From positions 1 through 64,000 of the forward strand of contig CP120466.1 of NCBI GenBank assembly GCA_034226945.1: a DNA stretch of 64,000 bases, in the 5' to 3' direction. This stretch comes from Picochlorum sp. SENEW3 (lineage: Eukaryota). Below the pieces are notes generated by a model. The model saw nothing but the letters and a program-made list of their open reading frames with translations, made no database searches and had not been told where the DNA came from. Shown piece by piece: positions 26,888 through 38,578 of this stretch. Every line of letters starts with the position of its first letter. Positions within the stretch are counted from its first letter, which is position 1. The position numbers and the translations under genes are program-made.

Positions 26888-26990
26888 AAATGAGGTTCAT
26901 ATTCTATGTCATTTGATTCAGAATCATGTGAGGACTGAAAAGTAGCAACATTATGGGTTGAATATAACATGAGAATTATGAATCTCATTT
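26888..26990 (+). ncRNA. ffs: Plastid signal recognition particle RNA (4.5S-like)
   Basis: about 103-nt long hairpin with apical domain IV UGU-GAGG-ACU-GAAA-AGU-AGCA-ACA (E. coli GGU-CAGG-UCC-GGAA-GGA-AGCA-GCC); adjacent to trnC-rpoB. Confidence 0.85.
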
Positions 26991-27025
26991 TTGTTAATAA
27001 AATACTTTAATTTCATTTATTTAAT

Positions 27026-27097
27026 AGGCGGCACCCAGATTCGAACTGGGGAATAGAGGATTTGCAATCCACGGCCTTACCACTTGGCTATACCGCC
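27026..27097 (-). tRNA. trnC: tRNA-Cys(GCA)
   Basis: loop TTGCAAA; upstream of rpoB on the opposite strand. Confidence 0.95.
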
Positions 27098-27182
27098 GCT
27101 GAAATATATATATATCGAACCTCTTTTACTAAAATTGTATAGGTTAACGATATTTAATCATTAGTATAACAAATTTTTCAGG

Positions 27183-30100
27183 ATGGTCCATACATTTGAA
27201 TCTACTATGTCTAATAATAAAATTATTAAAAAAAAATTACCAAAGCCAATTATACCAGATTTAGTTTCATTACAATATGGGAGTTTCCAAAAATTTTTAA
27301 TTCAAGGAATCCAAATTGGTTTAAATGAAAATACGCCTGTAAATTGTTCTTATGGAATTCATTCACTAAAAATTAAATTTTTGCCCGAAAAATTACAATT
27401 TCGTACGCCAGATAATAAAGAACAAAATTCGCTTTTTTCAGGTAAAACTTATGGCTGTTCAGTTTATATTCCAGCTGTTATTTCAAGTACTCAATGGAAA
27501 AAATCTAAAGTTGAGTGGTTATTATTAGGGTTCTTACCATTAATGACTCCAAGTGGGCATTTTATTATTAATGGAATTCCACGAATTGTATTATATCAAA
27601 TGGTACGAAATCCAGGAATATATATTCTTCCGAATGATTCACGTACCCGTGTTCCAACTATTCGTATAGTTCCGGAACAAGGTAGTTGGTTAAATATAAC
27701 TATTGATAAAAAAAATCGATTATGGATTACAACTCGACTATTACGTCGTAAAATTTCATTAATAATTTTTTTACAAGCGCTTGGTATTTCAATTTCCGAA
27801 TTATGTGCAAGAATTGAACATTCACAAATGCTTCAATTTAGTTTTATTCGTGATCAAAAAACGCAAGAAAAAACGCGTCATGGTCGAATTTTAGAACGAG
27901 CAAAATTGAATTCTCACCCACAAACTCGCATTGAAGCAATTCGTTATATATATGCGCATATTCAAGAATATACAACGTTAGGTCGCGATCAAGTTGTAAC
28001 TTCAGAAACTGCACAAGAATTTTTAATTCAATTTTGTGGAATCCAAAAAACCGTGACTTAGGTTATATTGGCCGTCAACAATTTAAATATAAATTTAATA
28101 GTACTATTTCTTCTAATTCAACATTATTATGTGGTGATGATTTAGTTTATGCAACAAATGCTTTATTGAAATTAATTTCTGGTGAAATTGAAGGTGATGA
28201 TATTGATAGTTTATCGAATAAACGTATTCGTGGTTGTGGTGAATTATTACAAGATCAATTAGTTCGTGGAATACGTGAATTTGAAATTGTTATGAGTCGC
28301 AAATTAAATTTATCCATCCAAAATGATTCTGAAATTGTATGGAAATTACAAAAATCAAATTTATCAAAGTGTGTAAGTAAATCTTGGAAAAGCTTTTTTA
28401 CAAGTGGAACTTTAGCACAATTCCTAGATGAAACAAACCCTTTAGCAGAAATTACTCATAAACGTCGTATTACGGTATTAGGACCAGGGGGAGTAAGTAG
28501 TAAACAAACAACGATTCAAATTCGTGGTATTCACCCGACGTATTATGGGCGTTTATGTCCAATTGAAACGCCAGAAGGCCAAAATGCAGGTTTAGTTAAT
28601 TCGTTAACAGTGTTTGCTCGCCCAAATAAATTGGGGTCAATTGAAACACCATTTTTTCAAGTATACAAAGGACAAGTTCAACAGTTTTTAAACCCTATTT
28701 ATAATATTCCATTTAATGAAGTAAATTATTCAATTGCACCAGCAGATATTACATGTTCGGGTACGGGTATGTTACCAAGACTCCAACTTCCGACTCGAAA
28801 AAATCGAAAATTTGATTATTCAGATTATAAAGATATTACTAACCAATCGGTTGATACATTACAGATGATATCAATTGCAACAAGTTTGATTCCATTTTTA
28901 GAACATGATGATGCAAACCGTGCATTAATGGGATCTAATATGCAACGCCAAGCAGTTCCATTAATTCGACCAGAAACTGCTTATGTTCAAACTGGGTTAG
29001 AAAGTCGTGTAATTTCTGATATTCAGCATTCGTTAAATAGTAATTTATCAGGATATATTACAAATGTTAGTGGCAAATCAATTGATATTTTTATTCCAAA
29101 TTCATTACCATTAAATTCAAATCCATCAATTTTTAAATCAACTACTATTCATAAATATTTACCTACGTTTCATTCTAATAACGTAAATAAGAAATCTTTA
29201 CAAAAAAATCTAAAATTCAAATTCTCAGCTATTACAGAATTACGAAAGTCGCTCTCTACTTCAGTATCAAATGTAAATTCAAATTCGATTCAATCAAATT
29301 TAACGAAAAGGATTTTGTTAGAACAATATAAACGAACAAATCAAAGTACAGTCAAGTATCAACGCCCAATTGTCAAAAGTGGAAATTGGATTCAAAAAGC
29401 AGATATTTTAGCTGATGGCGCAGCAAGTGCAGAAGGTAAAATTGCATTAGGAAAAAATATTTTAGTCGCTTATTTACCATGGGAAGGTTATAATTTTGAG
29501 GATGCTATTTTAATTAGTGAGCGTTTAGTAAATGAAGATATATTTACATCATTACATTTAGATTATTATGAAATTGAAGTAAAAAATACACAATATGGAT
29601 TAGAAAAAATTACAAATCAAATTCCAATTGAGTTTACAGAATCAGAAGAAGAAATATTACGTATTCAAAGACTTCAACCAAATGGTTTTATTCCAATTGG
29701 AACGTGGGTAAAAGAAGGTGATTATTTAGTTGGTAAAATTACACCAACTAGTCAAAAAATTCAGTCTGTCCAACAACAATATGAAAAATTATATAACGTA
29801 CTAATGGAACGTGATAATCAATTAAGTTCAGAACAAAAAAATGTGCGTGATACAAGTTTACGTGTTCCAAAAGGTGTCGAAGGATTTGTTTTTGATATAA
29901 ATATTTTACCACCGAAAGAAGCAGAAGTTCTTGCAATTGCGCCTAAAGATGCAATTTTACGCGTTCGTGTAGCATTATTACATAAACGTCGTATTCAGGT
30001 TGGCGATAAAATGGCTGGACGACATGGTAATAAAGGGATTGTTTCAAATATAATTCCAGCATATGATATGCCATATTTACCAGATGGCCGACCAGTTGAT

Positions 30101-30774
30101 ATTGTATTAAATCCTTTAGGTGTACCTTCTCGAATGAATGTAGGTCAGATTTTAGAATGTTTATTAGGTTTAGCTGGAACATACTTAAATGAATCTTATC
30201 TAATTAATTTATTTGATGAAAAATATGGTTCTGAATCGTCACGTAGTTTTGTTTATTCAAAATTATTTGAAGCATCATTAAAGAGCGGCCAGAACTGGTT
30301 ATTTGAACCACATCATCCTGGTAAAATTAAATTATTTGATGGGCGAACAGGAACAACTTTTGACCAACCTATTACGGTTGGATGTACTTACATGTTAAAA
30401 CTTGTCCATTTAGTTGATGATAAACTACATGCACGTTCAACTGGACCGTATTCTGCTATTACTCAACAACCAGTTCGTCGCGTAATGGTGGTCAAAGATT
30501 AGGGGAAATGGAAGTTTGGGCATTACAAGCATATGGAGCAGCTACAATTTTACAAGAATTTTTAACAATTAAATCAGATGATGTTCGAGGTCGTGTAGAA
30601 GCAGCTTTTCAAATTCATACAAATCAACCAATTGAATTTGGAACACCTGAAAGCTTCAGAGTTTTAATTCGTGAACTCCAAGCGCTTTGTTTTGACTTAA
30701 AATTATTTGGAATCCAGAAAAATACAGGATTACTACAAACAATAGATTTTAATCAAATTGAAAGTTTAGGGTAG
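27183..30774 (+). CDS. rpoB: RNA polymerase beta subunit; apparent frameshifts near 28020-28024 and 30478
   Basis: [31 protein letters not shown] across three ORF pieces; start codon uncertain (27183 or 27207). Confidence 0.97.
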
Positions 30775-30808
30775 TTTCTAATTTTTAGAAAACAAAAAAC
30801 GAAAAACA

Positions 30809-33035
30809 ATGTATCAAACAAATGGTCGTAAATTTCAACATTTAGAAATAGGTTTAGCTTCGCCTAAAGAAATCAAATCTTGGGCGGAGCGTTTTTTACC
30901 AACCGGTGAAATAGTTGGTCAAGTAACAAGTTGGGAAACAGTTAATTATAAAACATTAAAACCCGAACCAAATGGTTTATTTTGCCAAAAAATTTTTGGC
31001 CCAATTTCTGATTATACTTGTGCTTGTGGCAAAAAAACAACAAAAGTAAATGGAGGTGTTTGTCCACGCTGTGGAGTAGAAAGAACAAAATCATTAACTA
31101 GAAGATATCGAATGGGTTATATTGCTTTAAATCAACCAATGGCTCATACGTTATATTCTATTCAAAAACCATCACCCCTTGGTTTATGTTTAAGTTGGCC
31201 TAATAAAAAATCCAAGGTGTATTATATGGAACAGAATTTATTCATCTACCAAATACATTGAAGTATTTTTCATCGGAGATGAATATTAAAGTGGACTTTA
31301 AAAAAAGTCATTTGGATAACTTAAAACTTCAAGTTAAGGATAAACCACGCTTATTTACACATAAAAGTAAGAATCAACAATTTTCTAATTTACAGCAATA
31401 TAATAAATATTTTGAAATTCGTATTTATGGATTATGTTATGATGCTACTTGGCGACAAGTAGAAGATTTACAAGATTTTTTAGTGTATATGTGGGATCAA
31501 CCACAAGTCGACGACATTGTTAATCCATATTATTCTTTTAATAATAAAACTCAAAATTTTGCATTAAAAAGTGTTCCAAAACATAGTAATTATTATCCCA
31601 TTCAAACCGGTGGAGTTGTATTCCAAAAATCTTATCATATTATGATTTAATTGGTTTACAACAACAATTAGCATTAGATATTAATGAAGTAAAACAATCA
31701 ATCAATTTTTTAAAAGAACGTATCGAAATGACTTGGTTACCCAAGTTGGAAAAAACTAAAGTTCAACTTGAAATAACACGATTTAAAGAATTAGAAAAAA
31801 AATTATTACGTCGCATTACTTATTTTCGTGATTTTTATAAATCAAATACACAATTAGCATGGATGATTTTAAGTTATCTACCAGTTCTTCCACCGGGTTT
31901 ACGCCCAATTACTTCAATTCGAGGAGAACTAGTTATTTCTGACTTAAATAGTCTTTATCGTAAAGTTTTAACAAGAAACCGTCGATTAATAAACAGAACT
32001 CAATTTAGTATTTTTGATACTGCTTTAAGTGGTAGTTGGGCTTCTTGGTGTTATAACTTACGCCAAGTACAAGAATCAGTCGATGCATTATTAAAAACGG
32101 GAAAAGTTGATTCAGGGAAAGTAACAAAATCTTTATTAGATGCATTAAAAGGTAAACGTGGTCGATTTCGTCAACATTTATTAGGAAAACGAGTTGATTA
32201 TTCAGGTAGGTCTGTAATTGTTGTTGGTCCAGAATTAAAAATCCATGAATGTGGATTACCTAAACAAATGGCTATTGAATTATTTCAACCATTTCTAATT
32301 CAGCGATTACGTAATAAAGGAATGGCTTTTACAACAATTGGTGCAAAAGCTATCATTATGGAACGAAAACCAATTATTTGGGTTTTATTACGTGAAATTA
32401 TGCAAAGTCATCCCATTTTACTAAATCGAGCTCCTACTTTACATCGTTTAGGTATTCAAGCTTTTATTCCAAAACTTGTTGAAGGTAAAGCAATTCTATT
32501 ACACCCACTTGTTTGTCCAGCTTTTAATGCTGATTTTGATGGAGATCAAATGGCAGTTCATATTCCATTATCAACAAGTGCTCGTGCTGAAACTTTTAAT
32601 TTACTTTTATCATGTAATCATTTATTATCACCAGCTTCTGGGCAACCATTACTTTTACCGACCCAAGATATGGTTCTTGGTTGTTATTATTTAACATTAT
32701 TAAAATACAACAAATTTCAAAAAGAACAATCTTTAAAATTCAATATTTGGTATTCTACCATTTCAGAAATTCTTGCCGATTACCAAAGTAATAAAATCCA
32801 TACACATACTCCAATTTGGATAAAATTAAATTTTCCAGTTCAAACATTAATTGGCGAAAAACAATCAAAAGAAGTAAATAAACCCTTAGAGATTCGATTA
32901 ATGAAAAATGGAAATAAATATACGTATTTTCACGAAACCTATATAGTGCATGAATCCAAAAGTTCATTAACACCAAGTTATTTTTATAGAACAACTGCTG
33001 GTCGTGTACTAATGAATAATTTAATTTATAGCTAA
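30809..33035 (+). CDS. rpoC1: RNA polymerase beta' subunit; apparent frameshifts near 31205-31210 and 31625-31629
   Basis: Zn finger CACGK..CPRC, GKRVDYSGR, NADFDGD; one added A at each site joins three ORFs. Confidence 0.97.
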
Positions 33036-33066
33036 AATCTTTTTAAAAGATTATTTTTTATCCATT

Positions 33067-36000
33067 ATGAATTTACTTGATTTCAATACAAATCACAATA
33101 AAGTGATTTTTTTTAATGCCTGTTTTGATAAAAACCAAGTCAAAAATTTAGTTTCTTGGTTTTTAACAAATTATGGTGAACGAAAAACAATAAAATTTTT
33201 AGAACAATTAAAATTAAATGGTTTTCATCAAGCAACTGTTGCTGGTATTTCATTAGGAATTGAAGATCTTCAAATTCCACCTGAAAAACCAACTTTAATT
33301 ACACAAAGTCAACTGGAAAATAAACAAATTGAGCAATTAAATAATCAAGGTTTATTAACAAGTGTTGAAAAATCACAATCTTTAATTGAAATTTGGAATC
33401 AAACAAGTGATAAACTTCGCCAAACAGCAATTCAAAATTTTAAATTAAAAAACCCAATAAATCCTGTTTATATGATGGCCTTTTCAGGCGCTCGTGGTAA
33501 TGTGTCCCAAGTTCGACAATTAATTGCAATGCGGGGTTTAATGGCTGATCCACAAGGTGCAATTTTAGAATTTCCAATTCAAAGTAATTTTCGTGAAGGC
33601 TTAACTATTACTGAATACCTTATTTCTTGTTATGGTGCCCGAAAAGGTTTAGTTGATACAGCATTACGTACTGCTACATCTGGTTATTTAACGCGTCGAT
33701 TAGTTGATTCAGCCCAACATGCAGTTGTATCTATTACAAATTGCCAAACAGATCAATATCGTATATTAACTGGCGCTAATTTAAAATCTCGCTTAATTGG
33801 TAGGGTATTAGCGAAAAAATTGATTATTCAAGATAAGATTTTTGAAAAAAATCATATAATTTCTGCTCAAGATGCACATACTATATGTAAAGAATATTCA
33901 GAAATTCCAGTTCGTTCACCATTAACATGTAGTGCACGTACATCAATTTGTCAATGTTGTTATGGATGGAGTTTAGCATCCGGAAAAGTTGTTCAAATTG
34001 GTGAAGCTGTTGGAGTTATTGCGGCTCAATCCATTGGTGAACCTGGTACACAATTAACAATGCGTACATTCCATACTGGAGGAGTTGGTGTTTTTTCTGA
34101 TCAAGCATTAAAACCTTTATTTGCACCATATGGAGGAAAAATAAATTTTTTAGAAATTTTACCAGGACATTATGTACGTACCCCGAATGGTAAAATTGCT
34201 TTTATGTTGAAATATATTCCAAGTAATGAAAATAAAATTTTATTGGAAATAACATCTTCAACAAATAAAACTTTTTCTTTAACTGAATCACAATTACCAC
34301 CTGGAAGCATTCTATTTGTAAAACAAGGGGAAGTTATTTCAAGCAAAGGGCTTATTGGTCAAGCTTCTTATATTAAAGTTACAAAACAGCAATTGCCTGA
34401 ATCAAGTCATCCCGTTTATGCTACACAAACTGGTCAAATTTTTTATGAATCAATGAATCTTATTATTGAAAAACAAAAAATTGCTAGTACAGACTTGCAA
34501 GTTCCAAAATCATTTGCACAAATTTATCAAAATAGTTCAGATTCATTAGGTTTATCCGAGACGCGTCGTATGTCTCAAATCGGCAGTTTTTGGATTTTAA
34601 AAAATTCTCCAAAACAAGAAATTCAAACTAATTTGTCAATGGTTAGACCAGGTGATTTGATATCAAATCATACAACTATTGGAATATATGAATTCTTATC
34701 ACCCTTTACTCAATGCCTTCAATTAATTAATGATTCCATAACTTTTGGTTTATATATTTGTGAATTACCAATTTCATCTATTATTCAAAAGCAAAATTAT
34801 TTAATTTTTACATCAAGTATTAAACAATTAGGTTTAATTGTCCAAGCACGTAATTCGAATAATACTAGTGATTTAATTTGGTATTTTAATCATTTTAAAT
34901 TTTCACATAAATTCAAAGAATTTACATACACAAATTCAATTCTAAATAAAGTTTGGTCGGCAATTTTTGGAAAAAATTATATACCACAGGGTCATTATTA
35001 TAAACTTGCACGACGAACAAATAAATTTCGAACGTCTCAAAATAAAAAGATTTTTATTAATAAAAAAACTTTTTTGCAGTATACAACTGGCTCTAATAAA
35101 TCTATTATATGTTCGAAAGAACAAAATATAGTTAGAAATAGTAAAAATACTATTTTTGATAACAAAAATGAATCTTGGCCCATTCTAATAAACCAAAATC
35201 TATTAAAAAAAACTCAATTAATTCCAAATAATTTAGAATTCACGAACTTTTTAATTCCAAAATATTATTCAGCACTTCTGCCATTTTCATCTTGTATTTT
35301 CGATGATTATCCAATTTTAAATATTAAAACTTGGTATCAAAAAAAGCACTTATTATTGGATTCACAATTTAGACTTTCTTATTCAAAACAAACGCCAAAT
35401 TTTTATAAAGTTTCAACTAGACTCAAAACTAATTTAGTTTGGTATAAAGCAAATTTACCATTAGCAAAATCGAATAAAAATGTACAAACTAATTTAACGG
35501 TCAAATCACTCAAAAAATGTCACGAGATTTCATCAATCACTTTAAGTGAATATAAAAATTTATTATCCACGTTTATTTTTAGTCACAAATTCCATGTGAA
35601 TTCAAAACAAATTAAAACTGGCCTTAAAAGATTTGTTTATCCACAATTCAATTCAGTAATTTTAAATAAAAATAAAGTTGGTTATTATTCAAATTCAGAA
35701 TTAATGGTTGCTCGATTACAATTTTGTTGTAATAAAAATAATTTATATCCTAAGTTACTTTGTAACTTTAAATATTTAAAAAATTCATTTTCCCGTGGTT
35801 TACATATGTATAATTATTATGATTCGGGATTACACCAAGCAAAAAATTTAAAATTTACAACATTTAATAACAATATTATTCGAGCTAACACTCTATTTAG
35901 TTATGGATATATTGTATCTAAATATAGTGGAGAATTAAATTTGGTGAACTCAAATAATTTAATTAGTGTCTTACAAAATTCTGATTTAATTAAAATTCCA

Positions 36001-36849
36001 ATTCAATCACCTAATATTCAGAAAAAACTTGGCCAAATGATTCGTTGGGGTGAACCATTAGAAGAAGCTAAAGCTTCAATTTTTACTGGACAATTTATTA
36101 CAAAAAATCGTGATAATATTATTTTACGATTAGGAACTCCAATTTTAATCTCAGCACGTGGCATTGTTCATGTTGAACATAATGATTTAATTCAGAAAAA
36201 TCAGTTAATTGTCACATTAAAATCTCGTCGACTACAAACTGAAGATATTGTTCAAGGTATCCCGAAAATTGAACAATTATTTGAAGCACGTGAAAGTCAA
36301 AGTGGTGAAGTATTATCAGATACCGTTCATTTACGTTTAAAATCTGCTTTTGTACGGGAACTGGAATTATTAACCACAGAACATTGGTCAACAGCAGTGG
36401 ATAAAAGTTTTTTAGAAGCCCAAAATTTTTTAGTAGAAAATATTGATAATGCTTATTCCAATCAAGGCGTAAAAATTTCTGAAAAACATATTGAAGTTAT
36501 TGTTCGTCAAATGACTAGTCGAGTTCGTATTTTAGAACCTGGTGAAACAGGTTTATTGCCTGGCGAATTAGTTTTACATACTTGGATTAAAAAATTTAAT
36601 AGAAAAATATCACAAATTGGGCTCCGTGAAGCAACATATGAGCCAATTATATTAGGTATTAGTAAAAGTGTATTACAATCAGATAGTTTTTTATTAGCAG
36701 CCAGTTTCCAAGAAGTTAGTCGTGTATTAATCAAAAGTGCATTAAGTAAAAAATGTGACTTTCTACAAGGCTTACATGAAAATGTCATTGTTGGTCAAGC
36801 TATACCAGCTGGAACAGGTTTAATTTCTAATAAGTTATTATTTTTTTAA
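33067..36849 (+). CDS. rpoC2: RNA polymerase beta'' subunit
   Basis: SGARG, GARKGLVDTA, GEPGTQLTMRTFH, AASFQE. Confidence 0.98.
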   Translation: MNLLDFNTNHNKVIFFNACFDKNQVKNLVSWFLTNYGERKTIKFLEQLKLNGFHQATVAGISLGIEDLQIPPEKPTLITQSQLENKQIEQLNNQGLLTSVEKSQSLIEIWNQTSDKLRQTAIQNFKLKNPINPVYMMAFSGARGNVSQVRQLIAMRGLMADPQGAILEFPIQSNFREGLTITEYLISCYGARKGLVDTALRTATSGYLTRRLVDSAQHAVVSITNCQTDQYRILTGANLKSRLIGRVLAKKLIIQDKIFEKNHIISAQDAHTICKEYSEIPVRSPLTCSARTSICQCCYGWSLASGKVVQIGEAVGVIAAQSIGEPGTQLTMRTFHTGGVGVFSDQALKPLFAPYGGKINFLEILPGHYVRTPNGKIAFMLKYIPSNENKILLEITSSTNKTFSLTESQLPPGSILFVKQGEVISSKGLIGQASYIKVTKQQLPESSHPVYATQTGQIFYESMNLIIEKQKIASTDLQVPKSFAQIYQNSSDSLGLSETRRMSQIGSFWILKNSPKQEIQTNLSMVRPGDLISNHTTIGIYEFLSPFTQCLQLINDSITFGLYICELPISSIIQKQNYLIFTSSIKQLGLIVQARNSNNTSDLIWYFNHFKFSHKFKEFTYTNSILNKVWSAIFGKNYIPQGHYYKLARRTNKFRTSQNKKIFINKKTFLQYTTGSNKSIICSKEQNIVRNSKNTIFDNKNESWPILINQNLLKKTQLIPNNLEFTNFLIPKYYSALLPFSSCIFDDYPILNIKTWYQKKHLLLDSQFRLSYSKQTPNFYKVSTRLKTNLVWYKANLPLAKSNKNVQTNLTVKSLKKCHEISSITLSEYKNLLSTFIFSHKFHVNSKQIKTGLKRFVYPQFNSVILNKNKVGYYSNSELMVARLQFCCNKNNLYPKLLCNFKYLKNSFSRGLHMYNYYDSGLHQAKNLKFTTFNNNIIRANTLFSYGYIVSKYSGELNLVNSNNLISVLQNSDLIKIPIQSPNIQKKLGQMIRWGEPLEEAKASIFTGQFITKNRDNIILRLGTPILISARGIVHVEHNDLIQKNQLIVTLKSRRLQTEDIVQGIPKIEQLFEARESQSGEVLSDTVHLRLKSAFVRELELLTTEHWSTAVDKSFLEAQNFLVENIDNAYSNQGVKISEKHIEVIVRQMTSRVRILEPGETGLLPGELVLHTWIKKFNRKISQIGLREATYEPIILGISKSVLQSDSFLLAASFQEVSRVLIKSALSKKCDFLQGLHENVIVGQAIPAGTGLISNKLLFF

Positions 36850-36883
36850 AATTATATATTAAGTTAATATAGATCTTTAAAAC

Positions 36884-36912
36884 TTGCAAAGTATAAAGAT
36901 CTATATTATACT
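36884..36912 (+). promoter_or_regulatory. sigma70-type promoter for trnV
   Basis: TTGCAA-17 nt-TATACT. Confidence 0.65.
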
Positions 36913-36923
36913 TATATTTACAA

Positions 36924-36996
36924 AGGCCTTTAGCTCAGTTGGTAGAGCAGCTGCCTTACAAGCAGCGGGTCATCGGTTCGAATCCGGTAGGGCCTA
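36924..36996 (+). tRNA. trnV: tRNA-Val(UAC)
   Basis: loop CTTACAA. Confidence 0.95.
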
Positions 36997-37082
36997 AAAA
37001 ACACGAAAACACTTTTTATTTCATATAATTCTATATATAATATATATAGAATTATATATCTATATATCTTTTTTTTTTTTTT

Positions 37083-37193
37083 ATGAGTGCACAATTATTA
37101 CCAAGTATTTTAGTTCCTTTAACAGGACTTGTTTTTCCAGCAGTTGCAATGGCATCATTATTTATTTATATTGAACAAGATTCAATCAATTAA
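37083..37193 (+). CDS. psaI: Photosystem I subunit VIII
   Basis: manual translation [36 protein letters not shown]. Confidence 0.98.
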   Translation: MSAQLLPSILVPLTGLVFPAVAMASLFIYIEQDSIN

Positions 37194-37279
37194 AAGTAAT
37201 TTACTCTATTCTATGAATCGGGTTCAAAAAAAAATCCGATTCGCTTCTAATAAAAAAATATATTAATCGGAGATATAAT

Positions 37280-38431
37280 ATGTCGATATTATCATGGATT
37301 GAAGAACAAAGAAAATTAAAATTATTAAATGCACCGAAGTATAAAAAAACTGATTCAAATACAACTCAAGGGTTATGGACTCGTTGTGATCATTGTGGTG
37401 TTATTTTATACATTAAACATTTAAAAGAAAATCAACGAGTTTGTTTTGGTTGTGGTTTTCATTTACAAATGACAAGTTCAGAACGTATTGAACATTTGAT
37501 TGATACTAATACTTGGCATCCTATTAATGAAACTTTATCACCAGGAGACCCATTAGAATTCAAAGATCAAAAAGCATATACTGAACGATTAAAAGAAGCT
37601 CAAGAACGCACTGGATTACAAGATAGTATTCAAACAGGAACTGGTCTATTAGATGGAATACCAGTTGCATTAGGTGTTATGGATTTTAATTTTATGGGGG
37701 GTAGTATGGGGTCCGTTGTTGGCGAAAAAATTACTCGCTTAATTGAATATGCAACACATCAAGGTTTGCCTTTAATTTTAGTTTGTGCATCTGGTGGAGC
37801 TCGTATGCAAGAAGGAATTTTTAGTTTAATGCAAATGGCAAAAATTTCAGCCGCTTTACATGTACATCAAAATTGTGCGAAATTACTTTATATTGCTGTA
37901 TTAACTTCGCCTACAACAGGTGGCGTAACAGCTAGTTTTGCTATGTTAGGGGATTTAATTTTTGCTGAACCAAAAGCGTTAATTGGATTTGCTGGTCGTC
38001 GTGTTATTGAACAAACATTACAAGAACAATTACCAGATGACTTCCAAACGTCTGAATATTTGTTACATCATGGTTTGTTAGATTTAATTATTCCACGTTC
38101 ATTTTTAAAACAAGCTTTATCAGAAACAATTACATTGTATAAAGAAGCACCACTTAAAACTCATGGAAAAATTTTATATGGTCAACGTAGCTCATTAACA
38201 AAAGTGCAAGAAGAACGCTTTAGACGTTTAATTTCAAAACCTAATAGCGATGCATATAATACATTTATTCAAGAGTTTGAATCATTATTAAATGTATTCA
38301 ATATTTCAAACATAGATTTGACAAAAACAACATCACTTGAGCATACGCTAGAATTAGCGACTAAGAAAACAACACAAATTAATTGGTTAAATCAAAATCA
38401 ATTTAAATTACGTTCATCATTTAACAAATAA
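37280..38431 (+). CDS. accD: Acetyl-CoA carboxylase beta carboxyltransferase
   Basis: [12 protein letters not shown] Zn finger, [20 protein letters not shown]. Confidence 0.99.
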   Translation: MSILSWIEEQRKLKLLNAPKYKKTDSNTTQGLWTRCDHCGVILYIKHLKENQRVCFGCGFHLQMTSSERIEHLIDTNTWHPINETLSPGDPLEFKDQKAYTERLKEAQERTGLQDSIQTGTGLLDGIPVALGVMDFNFMGGSMGSVVGEKITRLIEYATHQGLPLILVCASGGARMQEGIFSLMQMAKISAALHVHQNCAKLLYIAVLTSPTTGGVTASFAMLGDLIFAEPKALIGFAGRRVIEQTLQEQLPDDFQTSEYLLHHGLLDLIIPRSFLKQALSETITLYKEAPLKTHGKILYGQRSSLTKVQEERFRRLISKPNSDAYNTFIQEFESLLNVFNISNIDLTKTTSLEHTLELATKKTTQINWLNQNQFKLRSSFNK

Positions 38432-38578
38432 ATTTTTGATTAGTTAGTTTTAATCAACTAGCTAGTCATTTTGTATTTAAAACTATTCAATTATCATGTA
38501 TAATGTATATATAAATAAAATAAATTTAATATAACTATTTTATATAGTCGTCAACAGAAATTAATTACTTAAAATTCT

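Noticed and set aside
27183..33035. rpoB and rpoC1 as genuinely split genes
   Set aside because: Pieces abut or overlap with no spacers and mostly rejoin with one base at a homopolymer, matching the error pattern across the window.
37008..37082. AT dinucleotide palindrome and long T-run upstream of psaI
   Set aside because: Low-complexity spacer sequence typical of AT-rich plastomes; no evidence of function.
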